DNA of 64,000 nucleotides from an uncultured Gemmatimonadales bacterium (GCA_963716255.1 OY970303.1:7712001-7776000), one strand, 5' to 3'; positions 46,242-55,561 are shown, numbered from the stretch's first letter. Notes: a model not told the origin generated them from the letters alone. Numbers and translations: made by a program.

Positions 46242-47398
46242 AGTGCATCCACTGCGGGACCGACACGCGCGGCAAGGACCGCGCATCCAACGGGGGGCGC
46301 TGCGAGGGGTGCAAGCACCGCTTCGCCTTCGAGCCGCTCAAGGACCCGCTCGGCGTCACCGACACGCAGTTCCAGGCGGCGATCCAGCGAGTCTCGCCGG
46401 ACGGCAACGTGGCCTTCACCGACCGGCAGCTCTGGTACGAGCTCAACCGCAAGTGGATGCGCCCCGTCTTCTGGGGCTCCGCCTTCCCGTGGCTCGCCCT
46501 CACCACCGGTCCCGCCGCCGCCGCCGCCGCGGCCCTCCTGTCGCTCAAGGCGCTGATCCTCCCCGTGGCGGTCGCCGGGTCCGTGCTGGGGCTGAGCATC
46601 GCGTCGATCGTTCACCGCCGCGCCGCCAGGCGGCCCCCGCTCGCACCTCCGCCGCGCGTCACGTTCGAGCGCTTCGCCACGGACTACGTGGACCGGTGGC
46701 GGGAGGTGCACGGGCCGGTCCGCGGCCTCGTGGACTCGCGCCCCGCCTTGCCCGCCGCGCAGCTCCCCTCCATCGCCGCGGACGTGTCGGCGTTCAGCTT
46801 CGACCGCGCCGTGGTCACCGACCGCTGGGAGGCGGCGGCGATGCTGGTCGCCAACCGCTTCCACTTCGAGCACAACTGCGCCGTCCTCAGCCTGGACGGC
46901 TACCCGGAGGCCATCGGCGAGACCGTCAAGAACATGCTGCGCCGCAACCACCAGCTCACCGTGTTCGCGCTGCACGACGCCTCCCCCGAGGGATGCCTCC
47001 TCCCGCTGTCCCTGCGCGAGCCCGACTGGTTCCCGGACCCCTCCGTCCGCGTGGTGGACCTGGGGCTCCGCCCCGAGACCGCGCGCCGCCTGCGCCTCCC
47101 CGTGCTGAACCGCCCCGTCCGCGAGCTCCCGCCGCGCCTCGCCGAGATCCTCCCCCCGGAAGAGGTGGAGTGGCTCCTCGCCGGGAACACCGCCGAGCTG
47201 GCCACGCTGCGCCCCGCGCAGGTGCTGCGCGCCGCCTACGACGGCATCCGGCGCGTGGGCCACCCGGGAGACCCCGCCTCCGGCCCCGGGACGGACTCCG
47301 GCTCCGACGTGGGCTTCTACGGCCCCGCCGGGATCATCTGGGTGGGCGACGTCCACGACGAGCGGCACGACACCGCCTCCGTCGACGGGTTCGGCTGA
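46238..47398 (+). CDS. Zn-ribbon plus TM protein with C-terminal Topo VI-A/Spo11-like TOPRIM-type domain
   Basis: MKCIHC...CEGC; two TM helices; CAVLSLDGYP, VFALHDASPEG, VDLGLRPE, GNTAELATL in the Spo11/Top6A motif order. Confidence 0.6.
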   Translation: MKCIHCGTDTRGKDRASNGGRCEGCKHRFAFEPLKDPLGVTDTQFQAAIQRVSPDGNVAFTDRQLWYELNRKWMRPVFWGSAFPWLALTTGPAAAAAAALLSLKALILPVAVAGSVLGLSIASIVHRRAARRPPLAPPPRVTFERFATDYVDRWREVHGPVRGLVDSRPALPAAQLPSIAADVSAFSFDRAVVTDRWEAAAMLVANRFHFEHNCAVLSLDGYPEAIGETVKNMLRRNHQLTVFALHDASPEGCLLPLSLREPDWFPDPSVRVVDLGLRPETARRLRLPVLNRPVRELPPRLAEILPPEEVEWLLAGNTAELATLRPAQVLRAAYDGIRRVGHPGDPASGPGTDSGSDVGFYGPAGIIWVGDVHDERHDTASVDGFG

Positions 47399-47408
47399 GC
47401 GCGCGGCG

Positions 47409-49145
47409 ATGCTGACGTCCCTCTTCCACCGCCGGACCGCCGGCGTGCCCGCGCCGGTTCCCGCCGCCGCGCACGGCGGCTTCGCGGGCGTGCTCGGCGG
47501 GCCGGACCCCGCCGCGGCGCTCCGCCGGCTGGGCGCGGAGCCCGCCTGGCAGGGCGACGGCGTGGCGCTCGGCGGCGCCCCCGTCGCCGCGGACCGCACG
47601 GGCGTTTGGATGGCGTGCGGCGACGCGGTGCTGGACAACGCCCCGGAGCTGCGGCGCGCGCTCGGCTTCCCCCGCGCCGACCCGCTCGCGCTGCTTGCCG
47701 AGCTGGTGCGCGCGCACGGGCCCGAAGCCGGGCTGCACGCGCTGGGGATATACGCCGCCGCCGTGTGGGACGCGCGCGGGCGGCGCCTCTGGCTCCTCCG
47801 CGACGGCGCCGGCGCGCGGACGCTCTACCTGGCCGGCGACCGCGGGCACGGCTGGTCGTTCGGGGCCCGGCTGCGCACGCTTCGGCGCGCCCCCGGGGTG
47901 CCCGGCGACCCCGACCCCACCGCGATCCGCGACTACCTGACGTGCGCCTTCGTCCCCGGCGAGCGCACGATGTGGCGCGGCGTGCGCGAGCTGCGGCCCG
48001 GCACCGCGCTGTCGCTCCCCGACGGGCCCGAGCACACCTTCTGGGAGCCGCGCGAGCGCATCCAGGACCCGGACGCCCCGCTGGAGGTCCACGCCGCGCG
48101 GCTGCGCGCCGTGCTGGACGACGCCGTGCGCGTCCGGCTGCCGCCGTCCGGGCCCGTGGGCGTGTACCTTTCCGGCGGCGTGGACAGCAGCCTGGTGACC
48201 GCCATCGCCGCGCGGCAGGCGCCGGGCCCCGTGCACACCTACGCGCTGCACTTCGGGGCGCCGTACCCCAACGAGCTGCGCTTCTCCGGGATGGTCGCGG
48301 AGCACTGCGGGACCGTGCACCACGTGCTGGAGTTCCCCGCCGCCACCATCCGCGCGCACCTGGCCGAAAGCCTCGCCGCGCTGGACGACCCCATCGGCGA
48401 CCCGCTGACCACGCCCAACCTGCTGCTGGGCCGGGCGGCCGCGCGCGACACCGGCGTCATCCTCAACGGCGAGGGCGGCGACCCCAGCTTCGGCGGGCCC
48501 AAGAACATCCCCATGCTCCTGCACGGCCTGTACGGCGGGGAGGAGCCGGTCGCCGCGTACCTGCGCTCGTTCGGCAAGTGCTACGACGACCTGCCGGGGC
48601 TGCTCACCCCCGGGCTGCACGCAGCGCTTCGCGACGAGCCCCCGCCGGGCCACTGGTTCGCCGCGCGGCTGGGCGAGGGCGGCATGGCCAACTACCTCAA
48701 CCGGCTGCTGGACGTCAACGTCCGCTACAAGGGCGCCGACCACATCCTCACCAAGGTCGCCAACCTCACCGCCGCCAACGGGCTCCTGGGCCGCTCGCCG
48801 CTGGCCGACCGGCGCGTGGTGGACGCAAGCTTCGCCATCCCCCCCGAGCACAAGCTCGCCGGCTCCGTGGAAAAGGCCGTCCTCAAGGCCGCCGTCGCCG
48901 ACCTGCTCCCCGCCGAGATCGTCCACCGCCCCAAGAGCGGGATGCTGGTGCCGGTGCAGGCCTGGTTCGCCGGCGAGCTGCGCGCCTACGCCCGAGACCT
49001 GCTGCTGGACCGCCGCGCCCGCACCCGGCCGTACTTCAACGCGGCTACCGTGAAGCACTGGCTGGACACGCCGCGCGCGCCCAGGCGCGGCGTCAAGATC
49101 TGGCTGCTGCTGACGCTGGAGCTGTGGCTGCGGGTGAACGAGTGA
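47409..49145 (+). CDS. Asparagine-synthase-like ligase lacking the N-terminal catalytic Cys
   Basis: Ntn-like segment (LLRDGAGARTLY), LSGGVDSS, NGEGGD, EKAVLK, RPKSGM; N-terminus MLTSLF has no Cys2. Confidence 0.85.
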   Translation: MLTSLFHRRTAGVPAPVPAAAHGGFAGVLGGPDPAAALRRLGAEPAWQGDGVALGGAPVAADRTGVWMACGDAVLDNAPELRRALGFPRADPLALLAELVRAHGPEAGLHALGIYAAAVWDARGRRLWLLRDGAGARTLYLAGDRGHGWSFGARLRTLRRAPGVPGDPDPTAIRDYLTCAFVPGERTMWRGVRELRPGTALSLPDGPEHTFWEPRERIQDPDAPLEVHAARLRAVLDDAVRVRLPPSGPVGVYLSGGVDSSLVTAIAARQAPGPVHTYALHFGAPYPNELRFSGMVAEHCGTVHHVLEFPAATIRAHLAESLAALDDPIGDPLTTPNLLLGRAAARDTGVILNGEGGDPSFGGPKNIPMLLHGLYGGEEPVAAYLRSFGKCYDDLPGLLTPGLHAALRDEPPPGHWFAARLGEGGMANYLNRLLDVNVRYKGADHILTKVANLTAANGLLGRSPLADRRVVDASFAIPPEHKLAGSVEKAVLKAAVADLLPAEIVHRPKSGMLVPVQAWFAGELRAYARDLLLDRRARTRPYFNAATVKHWLDTPRAPRRGVKIWLLLTLELWLRVNE

Positions 49146-49200
49146 TGCGGAATCCGCGTGAGCCGGGCGCCGGCCGGATCCTGCGACCGCACCGGGGTCT

Positions 49201-49339
49201 GCGTGAGGGATTTCGGCCCGAAGGGGCGAGACCCGGCGGGGCTGTTTCCGCCGGGGCTCGACTCCGTTACGCAGCGTTGTTTGCTGCGTTACGGAGCCGA
49301 AGCCCGACCCCGGCGCCAGCCGGGGGCACGCCCGAACCC
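49201..49339 (-). repeat. Structured intergenic repeat, full copy
   Basis: Reverse copy; variable stems ACGCAGC/GCTGCGT and CCCGGCGG/CCGCCGGG. Confidence 0.92.
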
Positions 49340-49365
49340 TTGTGTTTCAACCCCAGGGTGGACGC

Positions 49366-50079
49366 ATGAGCGACTTCGTACCGCTGGAGATCGAGCACGG
49401 GCCGCTGCTGGACCTGAGCGGCGACGCGTTTCCCACCCGGGTCGCCGGCTGGCGGGGCGGGCGGCTGGAGCTGGAGGCCGGCGCCACGCACTACGGGATG
49501 GTGGTGGAGGGATCCTGCACCCTGGAGACGGAAGCGGGGAGCTGGGAGCTGCGGGCGGGGATGTTCTGGGTCGTGCCGAGGGAGGGAAGCGTCCGCGGTG
49601 GCGCGGGGCTCGTCGTGTCGCGGCTCGGCTACCGGGGACTCTTCCAGGTGGGCGGGCCCATCGAGGCCGCGGGCCGTTTGCGCTACATCGATGGGTGCTC
49701 GGACACGCTGCTGGTGTGTCCCCCCGCGCTCGGCGAGCCCTGCCTCAACCACCTGCACATGCCGCCGGCGACCGACCAGACCGCGCACACCCACCCCTCC
49801 GAGCGCATCGGGGTGATCGTGCGGGGGGCGGGCGAGTGCCGCACCCCCGGCGGGACGTTCGCGCTGCGGCCGGGAATGGGGTGGCGCATCCCCACCGGCT
49901 GCCTGCACTCCTTCTTCACCCGCGGGGAAGCGCTGGACGTGCTCGCCTGGCACCCGGACAGCGACTTCGGGCCCACGCACGACCACCACCCCATGGTCAA
50001 CCGCACCTACGTGCAGGGCGTGTCCGCCACGGAGATCGACGAGATCCGCACGCGCGGGGATCCGCCGGCCGCGGAGTAG
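49366..50079 (+). CDS. Bicupin protein with a metal-binding C-terminal cupin
   Basis: QTAHTHPSERIG...G.G.C...IPTGCLHSF; first cupin VVEG...LRAG. Confidence 0.75.
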   Translation: MSDFVPLEIEHGPLLDLSGDAFPTRVAGWRGGRLELEAGATHYGMVVEGSCTLETEAGSWELRAGMFWVVPREGSVRGGAGLVVSRLGYRGLFQVGGPIEAAGRLRYIDGCSDTLLVCPPALGEPCLNHLHMPPATDQTAHTHPSERIGVIVRGAGECRTPGGTFALRPGMGWRIPTGCLHSFFTRGEALDVLAWHPDSDFGPTHDHHPMVNRTYVQGVSATEIDEIRTRGDPPAAE

Positions 50080-50096
50080 GTCGGGGTCTACAGCGG

Positions 50097-50126
50097 TTGC
50101 CGCGGACCGGCGCAGTCCGGTATACT
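50097..50126 (+). promoter_or_regulatory. sigma70-type promoter of the acyl-CoA dehydrogenase gene
   Basis: TTGCCG-18 bp-TATACT. Confidence 0.45.
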
Positions 50127-50182
50127 TCCGGGCTTTCGCCGGTCCGTCGTTTTCCAGTCCCGAACTCCAACCGTCCGCTGCA

Positions 50183-51367
50183 ATGGCCAAGTTCCAGGGC
50201 GTAGACTACTACGAAATCGATTCGCTGCTCACCGAAGAGCAGCGCATGATCCGCGACACCGTGCGCGAGTGGGTGGACGACAACCTGCTGCCGGTGATCA
50301 ACGACGCGTACATCGGCCGCTACCTCCCCAAGCAGCTCGTCCCCGGCATGGCGGAGCTGGGCGTGTTCGGCGCCAACCTCCCGGAGGAGTACGGCTGCGC
50401 GGGGCTCGACAACGTGTCGTACGGCCTCATCATGCAGGAGCTGGAGCGGGGCGACTCGGGGATCCGCTCCTTCGCATCGGTGCAGGGCGCGCTCTGCATG
50501 TACCCCATCTACGCCTTCGGCTCCGAGGAGCAGAAGCGCGAGTACCTGCCGCGCATGGCCGCCGGCGAGGTGATCGGGTGCTTCGGGCTCACCGAGCCGG
50601 ACTTCGGCTCCAACCCGGGCGGGATGGTGACCCGCGCCCGCAAGACCGACGACGGATGGGTGATCAACGGCGCCAAGATGTGGATCACCAACGGCTCCAC
50701 CGCCGACATCGCCATCGTCTGGGCCAAGACCGGCGAGATGGACGACACCAAGGCCATCCGCGGCTTCATCGTCCCCACGGACACGCCGGGCTTCACCGCC
50801 AAGGACCAGAAGGGGAAGCTGTCGCTGCTGGCCTCGGACACCTCGGAGCTGGTGCTCCAGGACGTGCACGTCCCCGATTCCGCTCTCCTCCCCGAGTCGG
50901 GCGGCCTCAAGAGCCCGCTGATGTGCCTGACGCAGGCGCGCTACGGGATCGCCTGGGGCGCGGTGGGCGCGGCCATGGCCTGCTACGACGAGGCCCTGAG
51001 CTACGCCAAGACCCGGGTGCAGTTCGGCGGCAAGCCCATCGCCGCCACCCAGATCCAGCAGACGCGCCTGGCGGAGATGCTCACCGAGATCACCAAGGCG
51101 CAGCTCCTCTGCTGGCGGCTGGGCAAGCTCAAGGACGAGGGGACCATGCGCCCGGAGCAGGTATCGCTCGCCAAGCGCAACAACGTGGACATGGCCACCG
51201 ACATCGCCCGCGAGGCGCGCCGCCTGCTGGGCGGCAACGGCATCCTCATCGAGTACCAGGCCATGCGCCACATGGCCAACCTGGAGTCGGTGTACACGTA
51301 CGAGGGCACGCACGACGTCCACGGCCTGATCCTGGGCCAGGACATCACGGGCTACGCGGCATACTAG
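50183..51367 (+). CDS. Acyl-CoA dehydrogenase, glutaryl-CoA dehydrogenase family
   Basis: ELERGDSGIRS, GCFGLTEPDFGSNP, GAKMWITNG, ARYGIAWG, NLESVYTYEGTHD. Confidence 0.92.
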   Translation: MAKFQGVDYYEIDSLLTEEQRMIRDTVREWVDDNLLPVINDAYIGRYLPKQLVPGMAELGVFGANLPEEYGCAGLDNVSYGLIMQELERGDSGIRSFASVQGALCMYPIYAFGSEEQKREYLPRMAAGEVIGCFGLTEPDFGSNPGGMVTRARKTDDGWVINGAKMWITNGSTADIAIVWAKTGEMDDTKAIRGFIVPTDTPGFTAKDQKGKLSLLASDTSELVLQDVHVPDSALLPESGGLKSPLMCLTQARYGIAWGAVGAAMACYDEALSYAKTRVQFGGKPIAATQIQQTRLAEMLTEITKAQLLCWRLGKLKDEGTMRPEQVSLAKRNNVDMATDIAREARRLLGGNGILIEYQAMRHMANLESVYTYEGTHDVHGLILGQDITGYAAY

Positions 51368-51423
51368 GGAACGGGGATCGGCCGGCGGGGTTCCACCTGT
51401 CGGCCGTCTCGTCCCGCGAGGGG

Positions 51424-51541
51424 TTGCAGTCCCGCGGAACCGCTGTTACTTTCGTCGGCCCGCGAGACCGGCCGGAACGGTGCAGCGGCCCGGCGGAAGG
51501 TGCCGCGCGGGGTTGACAGAACAGGGATTCCGGGGTAGATT
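51424..51541 (+). promoter_or_regulatory. Tandem sigma70-type promoters of the tRNA/rnpB operon
   Basis: TTGCAG-17-TACTTT (51424-51452) and TTGACA-17-TAGATT (51513-51541). Confidence 0.6.
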
Positions 51542-51561
51542 CACCCTCTCTGTTCGGCCAC

Positions 51562-51634
<73 letters not shown>

Positions 51635-51661
51635 CTGGGAAAAATTCAGGTCTTGGTTTGT

Positions 51662-51735
<74 letters not shown>

Positions 51736-51749
51736 CCTTGTCGGCACAT

Positions 51750-51833
51750 GCTCCGGTGGCGGAATTGGTAGACGCGCTAGATTCAGGATCTAGTGGGCGT
51801 AAGCCCGTGGAGGTTCGAGTCCTCTCCAGAGCA
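51750..51833 (+). tRNA. tRNA-Leu(CAG)
   Basis: CTAGA-TTCAGGA-TCTAG; long variable arm; one C-A mismatch in the acceptor stem. Confidence 0.93.
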
Positions 51834-51859
51834 CTGTTGGTGGTTCGGCTGGTCGGTTT

Positions 51860-51943
51860 GCCCAGGTGCTGAAATTGGTAGACAGGCCAGACTAAGGATC
51901 TGGTGCCGGAAACGGCGTGGAGGTTCGAGTCCTCTCCTGGGCA
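51860..51943 (+). tRNA. tRNA-Leu(AAG)
   Basis: CCAGA-CTAAGGA-TCTGG with anticodon AAG at 51894-51896; long variable arm GCCG-GAAA-CGGC; discriminator A. Confidence 0.9.
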
Positions 51944-51965
51944 CTGCTTCAATGTTTGACAATTC

Positions 51966-52332
51966 GGGAGACGAGTGAGGATCGCGGCACCCCCGGGTGT
52001 CGAGGAAAGTCCGAGCTCCACAGGGCAGGGTGCCGGCTAACGGCCGGGCGTCGCGAGGCGCCGGAAAGTGCAACAGAGAAAAGACCGCCGATGGCTCCGG
52101 TTCGCCGGGGCACAGGCAAGGGTGAAACGGTGGCGGTAAGAGCGCACCGCGCTCCTGGCAACAGGGGCGGCATGGTAAACCCCACCCGGAGCAAGGCCAA
52201 ATAGGGGATGAGGGGCGGCCCGCCCCGATGAAGTCCCGGGTAGGCTGCTAGAGGCCGGCGGCAACGCCGGTCCCAGAGAAATGATCCTCCTCCGCTTCGG
52301 CGGGGAACAGAACTCGGCTTACACCGTCTCCC
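51966..52332 (+). ncRNA. rnpB: RNase P RNA, bacterial type A
   Basis: GAGGAAAGTCC near the 5' end, AACAGAACTCGGCTTA near the 3' end, GGTAAACCCC, GAGCAAG; terminal pairing GGGAGACG/CGTCTCCC. Confidence 0.95.
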
Positions 52333-52340
52333 AACGTCTT

Positions 52341-52414
52341 GCGCTCGTAGCTCAGCTGGATAGAGCGTTGCCCTCCGGAGGCAAAGGTCACAGGTTCGAA
52401 TCCTGTCGGGCGCA
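52341..52414 (+). tRNA. tRNA-Arg(CCG)
   Basis: TTGCC-CTCCGGA-GGCAA anticodon arm; full cloverleaf. Confidence 0.95.
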
Positions 52415-52438
52415 CTGAAAGAATCTTCAGGACACCAG

Positions 52439-52467
52439 GCCCCACGCGATAGCTCGCGTGGGGCTTT
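52439..52467 (+). terminator. Terminator of the tRNA/rnpB operon
   Basis: GCCCCACGCGA-TAGC-TCGCGTGGGGC-TTT. Confidence 0.7.
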
Positions 52468-52533
52468 CGTGCGTCTGGCCCCTCTCCGGTGGCGTAAAGC
52501 TGGCCCGCGCTGCACCTACTTTGTCACTGTCCC

Positions 52534-53496
52534 TCACGTTCTCGAGCGCGAAAGCAGATGGCGGACGCTGAACCTTACCGCCGAGACTGTCACACCGGCC
52601 AAGGAAGCAGATAAGTCGGCAACCTTCCTCACTTCAACCAAGGAGATCGGCTGGACAGTTGAAATGCTGAGACGCACCTCTGAGTCAATTCGCTGCCATT
52701 TGATATCACCAACTGCGATGCGTCTCTCAAGCTCGTTGACGAAGCCGGCGATAGCATCGTCGGAGTCAGTAACCAGCGTCAGGACAAATTCGCGCGCTGC
52801 GCTGGGTGTCGCTCCCGCAGCCGATTGCGGCAGGTGGGTATTGGCGAGATGGCGGATCTCCGCCCGCATCTCGGCCAGTTCCGCCCGCACGAGTTGTAGA
52901 GCTGGGTCCGACTCGGCCTCCTGCAACTCCGCACGGCTTGCGGGACGTTCTAGGTCCAGCAGCCGAACGAGGGAGTACACCCCTTCCGACTTCTCGGCCG
53001 CTTTGACAGTAGCTAGGATCGCGTCGCGGATCCTGGCCTGATCCTCCAGCACCTCGTGGTAGAGGCGTGCCCGCCGGTACGAATAGGTCCGTAGCGACGC
53101 CACGTCGAAGAGCGGCGGAGTGCCCTCCTCCATCACCAGCACCGTCGGCATGTCGAAGGCCTGCCGGAACCCGAGTTCGTAGAGCACGTTTCCGTTCCGG
53201 GTGCTCAGGTCGCAGATAGCGATCGGCGCCTCCCGGATTTGGCGAAGGAAGGAGAGGTGGATCAGATTGCTAGCCGTATCCTCGTCCGCTCGGACCGGCC
53301 GGTACCCGGCGTCCAGGATAGCCGGCCTAAAGATGTCCTCGTAGATGCGCAGAAAGTGGCCAGCCGTGTACCCCTCCGGGTCGCTGATCGGCATCATTAC
53401 GAAGCAGGGTTCCTCCTCGCCGCCATTGCGCTGGGGCACCACAATTGTCCCTTCACGCTTCTTCCGTGGTTCTGGCTTCGTCACCTCGTCAGCCAT
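52534..53496 (-). CDS. Nucleoside 2-deoxyribosyltransferase-like (TIR/NDT-type fold) protein with coiled-coil and unknown C-terminal domain
   Basis: CFVMMP...IFRPAI...RADE...ICDLSTRNGNVLYELGFR...PFDV-like motif; visibly lower GC than flanks. Confidence 0.7.
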   Translation of the reverse strand: MADEVTKPEPRKKREGTIVVPQRNGGEEEPCFVMMPISDPEGYTAGHFLRIYEDIFRPAILDAGYRPVRADEDTASNLIHLSFLRQIREAPIAICDLSTRNGNVLYELGFRQAFDMPTVLVMEEGTPPLFDVASLRTYSYRRARLYHEVLEDQARIRDAILATVKAAEKSEGVYSLVRLLDLERPASRAELQEAESDPALQLVRAELAEMRAEIRHLANTHLPQSAAGATPSAAREFVLTLVTDSDDAIAGFVNELERRIAVGDIKWQRIDSEVRLSISTVQPISLVEVRKVADLSASLAGVTVSAVRFSVRHLLSRSRT

Positions 53497-53950
53497 GCTC
53501 TCGCTCATCCGGATTGAAGGTGGGTCCTCTCTTGGCCCGCTCAACGACGCTGCTCCCAAACTCCCGCCACCAGCGCCCGCAGCAACTCCCCGGCGCGATA
53601 GGCTGAACAGCCCGGAATTCCTCGGACTTTTGGCTCGCACGTAGCGAAACGCGACCGGCTTCCCATAGGCCCCGCCACACGCAACCAGCGCGCCGCATCT
53701 CCACGCCCGACTCACGGTCGGCGCCTGCGCAACCCGCGACTCCAGTTTCGCTTCCGTCCTGCCGATACTCTCACCGACTCGCCTGCACCCGCACGCGCGC
53801 CCACGGCGGGCGGCGGCTTGTGCCCACGCCGAATCGGTGCGACTTTTGTCTTCTTCGACACACGTTTCCCGGCTCGACCCGCCGCCGGCCCCCTCCTGGG
53901 AGCCGCAGTCGCCTCCGTTTGCAGCCGATCCGGCACCCGCCGTCCCCAGC

Positions 53951-55081
53951 ATGACCCCCTGGACCACGTTCGAGAACCGGCGCGTCCTCACGGTGGACGA
54001 CTCCCGAGCCGTGCGCATCTTTTTGTCCGAAGTGCTCGCCTCCCACGGCGCGTGGGTGGAAGAGGCGGCCACGGGCGAGGAGGCGCTGCGGCTCTGCGGG
54101 GAGGGGAAGGGCTACGACCTGATCCTGCTGGACCTGCACCTCCCCGACACCGACGGCATCGAGGTGCTGCGCCGGATCCGCGAGGACGACGACACCACCC
54201 CGGTGGTGATGCTCACCGGCTCCGGGGGAATCCAGACGGCCACGGCTGCGGTGAGGCAGGGGGCGGACGGGTACATCGAGAAGCAGCACCTGGACATCGC
54301 CAACGACGAAGGGTCGTTTCTGTACGCCCTGGGGCAGGCCGTGGAGCACCGCGCCGGGCACGTCGCGCAGCGCCAGCTCCAGGAGATGAAGGCCGACTTC
54401 TACTCCATGGTCACCCACGACCTGCGCAACCCCGCCGGCAACGTGTGGGGCGCCGTGCGCATGCTCCTGTCCGGCAAGGCCGGTCCGCTCAACCCCCAGC
54501 AGGAGCAGCTGCTTTCCCTCGCGCACAGCTCCGCCAGCAAGCTGGTGGGGCTGATCGACGACTACCTTGACTTCGCCGCCATCGACGCCGGCTTCCTGCG
54601 GCTGGACGTGCGCGAGGCCGAGCTGGCCGAGGTGGTGCGCGCCAGCGCCCGGCAGGCCGCGCCGCAGGCCGTTGTGCGCCGGCAGACGCTCCGCGTGGTC
54701 CTCCCCGACGGCCCGGTTCAGGCGCGCGTCGATCCGGCGCGGCTGGAGCAGGTGCTCGACAACCTGCTCTCCAACGCCGTCAAGTACACCCCCGACGGCG
54801 GGAGCATCGAGGTCGCGCTGGAGGCCGACGCCGAGCGGGCCGTCTTCCGGGTGCGCGACGACGGCAACGGCATCGCGCCCGAGCAGCAGTCCGCGCTCTT
54901 CGCGCGCTACCAGCGCGTGCCCGGCGAGGCCACCCGCGGCATCCGGGGGACCGGGCTGGGGCTGCTGATCGTCAAGGAGATCGTGGAGGGCCACGGTGGG
55001 ACGGTGCGCGTGGAGTCCGATGGGGTGCCGGGGCGGGGGACGGTCTTCACCGTCACCATCCCGCTCGCCCCCGCGGCGTAG
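53951..55081 (+). CDS. Hybrid REC-histidine kinase
   Basis: VLTVDDS, LLDLHLPD, THDLRNP, NLLSNAVKYT, GTGLGL. Confidence 0.9.
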   Translation: MTPWTTFENRRVLTVDDSRAVRIFLSEVLASHGAWVEEAATGEEALRLCGEGKGYDLILLDLHLPDTDGIEVLRRIREDDDTTPVVMLTGSGGIQTATAAVRQGADGYIEKQHLDIANDEGSFLYALGQAVEHRAGHVAQRQLQEMKADFYSMVTHDLRNPAGNVWGAVRMLLSGKAGPLNPQQEQLLSLAHSSASKLVGLIDDYLDFAAIDAGFLRLDVREAELAEVVRASARQAAPQAVVRRQTLRVVLPDGPVQARVDPARLEQVLDNLLSNAVKYTPDGGSIEVALEADAERAVFRVRDDGNGIAPEQQSALFARYQRVPGEATRGIRGTGLGLLIVKEIVEGHGGTVRVESDGVPGRGTVFTVTIPLAPAA

Positions 55082-55102
55082 CCCGCCGCCGAGCCCGCCC
55101 CG

Positions 55103-55561
55103 ATGGAGATCCTGCTCTTCGACGTGGCCGGCGAGCGCTGCGCCCTCGCCGTGGCGGACGTCCTGCGGGTGGTGCCCGCCGCGGCCGTGGCCCCGCTCCC
55201 GGGCGCCCCCGCGGTGGTGGACGGCGTGCTCGACCTGCACGGCCGCGTGGTGCCGGTGCTCTCGCTGCGGCGGCGCTTCGGCCTCCCCGACCGACCGCTC
55301 CGCCCCGACGACGTGTTCGTGGTCGCCACGGTCGCGGGGCGCGTGGTCGCGCTCCGCGCCGACGCCGCGCTCGGCATCGCCCGCGTGGACCCCGCCGGCG
55401 TGGTGCCCGCCGCACAGGTGGTCGCGGCATCCGGGCACGTGGGCGGCGTGGCGCGGCTCCCGGACGGGCTCGCGCTGATCCACGACCTGCGCACCTTCCT
55501 TTCCGGGGCCGAGGCCGCCGGGGTGGACGCGGCGCTGGCCGCCGCGGAGCGGGGCGCGTGA
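55103..55561 (+). CDS. cheW: CheW scaffold (WspB-like)
   Basis: PLPGAPAVVDGVLDLHGRVVPVLSL. Confidence 0.85.
   Translation: MEILLFDVAGERCALAVADVLRVVPAAAVAPLPGAPAVVDGVLDLHGRVVPVLSLRRRFGLPDRPLRPDDVFVVATVAGRVVALRADAALGIARVDPAGVVPAAQVVAASGHVGGVARLPDGLALIHDLRTFLSGAEAAGVDAALAAAERGA

Noticed and set aside
44805..49145. Lasso peptide biosynthetic cluster
   Set aside because: The ligases resemble lasso cyclases in lacking the Ntn Cys, but no precursor, RRE/B1 or transglutaminase-like B2 gene is visible nearby.
51750..51833. tRNA-Leu(CAG) as a pseudogene because of a C-A mismatch in the acceptor stem
   Set aside because: A single mismatch is tolerated, and all other arms and conserved bases are intact.
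52341..53700. Prophage or integrative element at tRNA-Arg(CCG)
   Set aside because: No integrase, phage gene or duplicated tRNA 3' end was found; there is only a single atypical gene.
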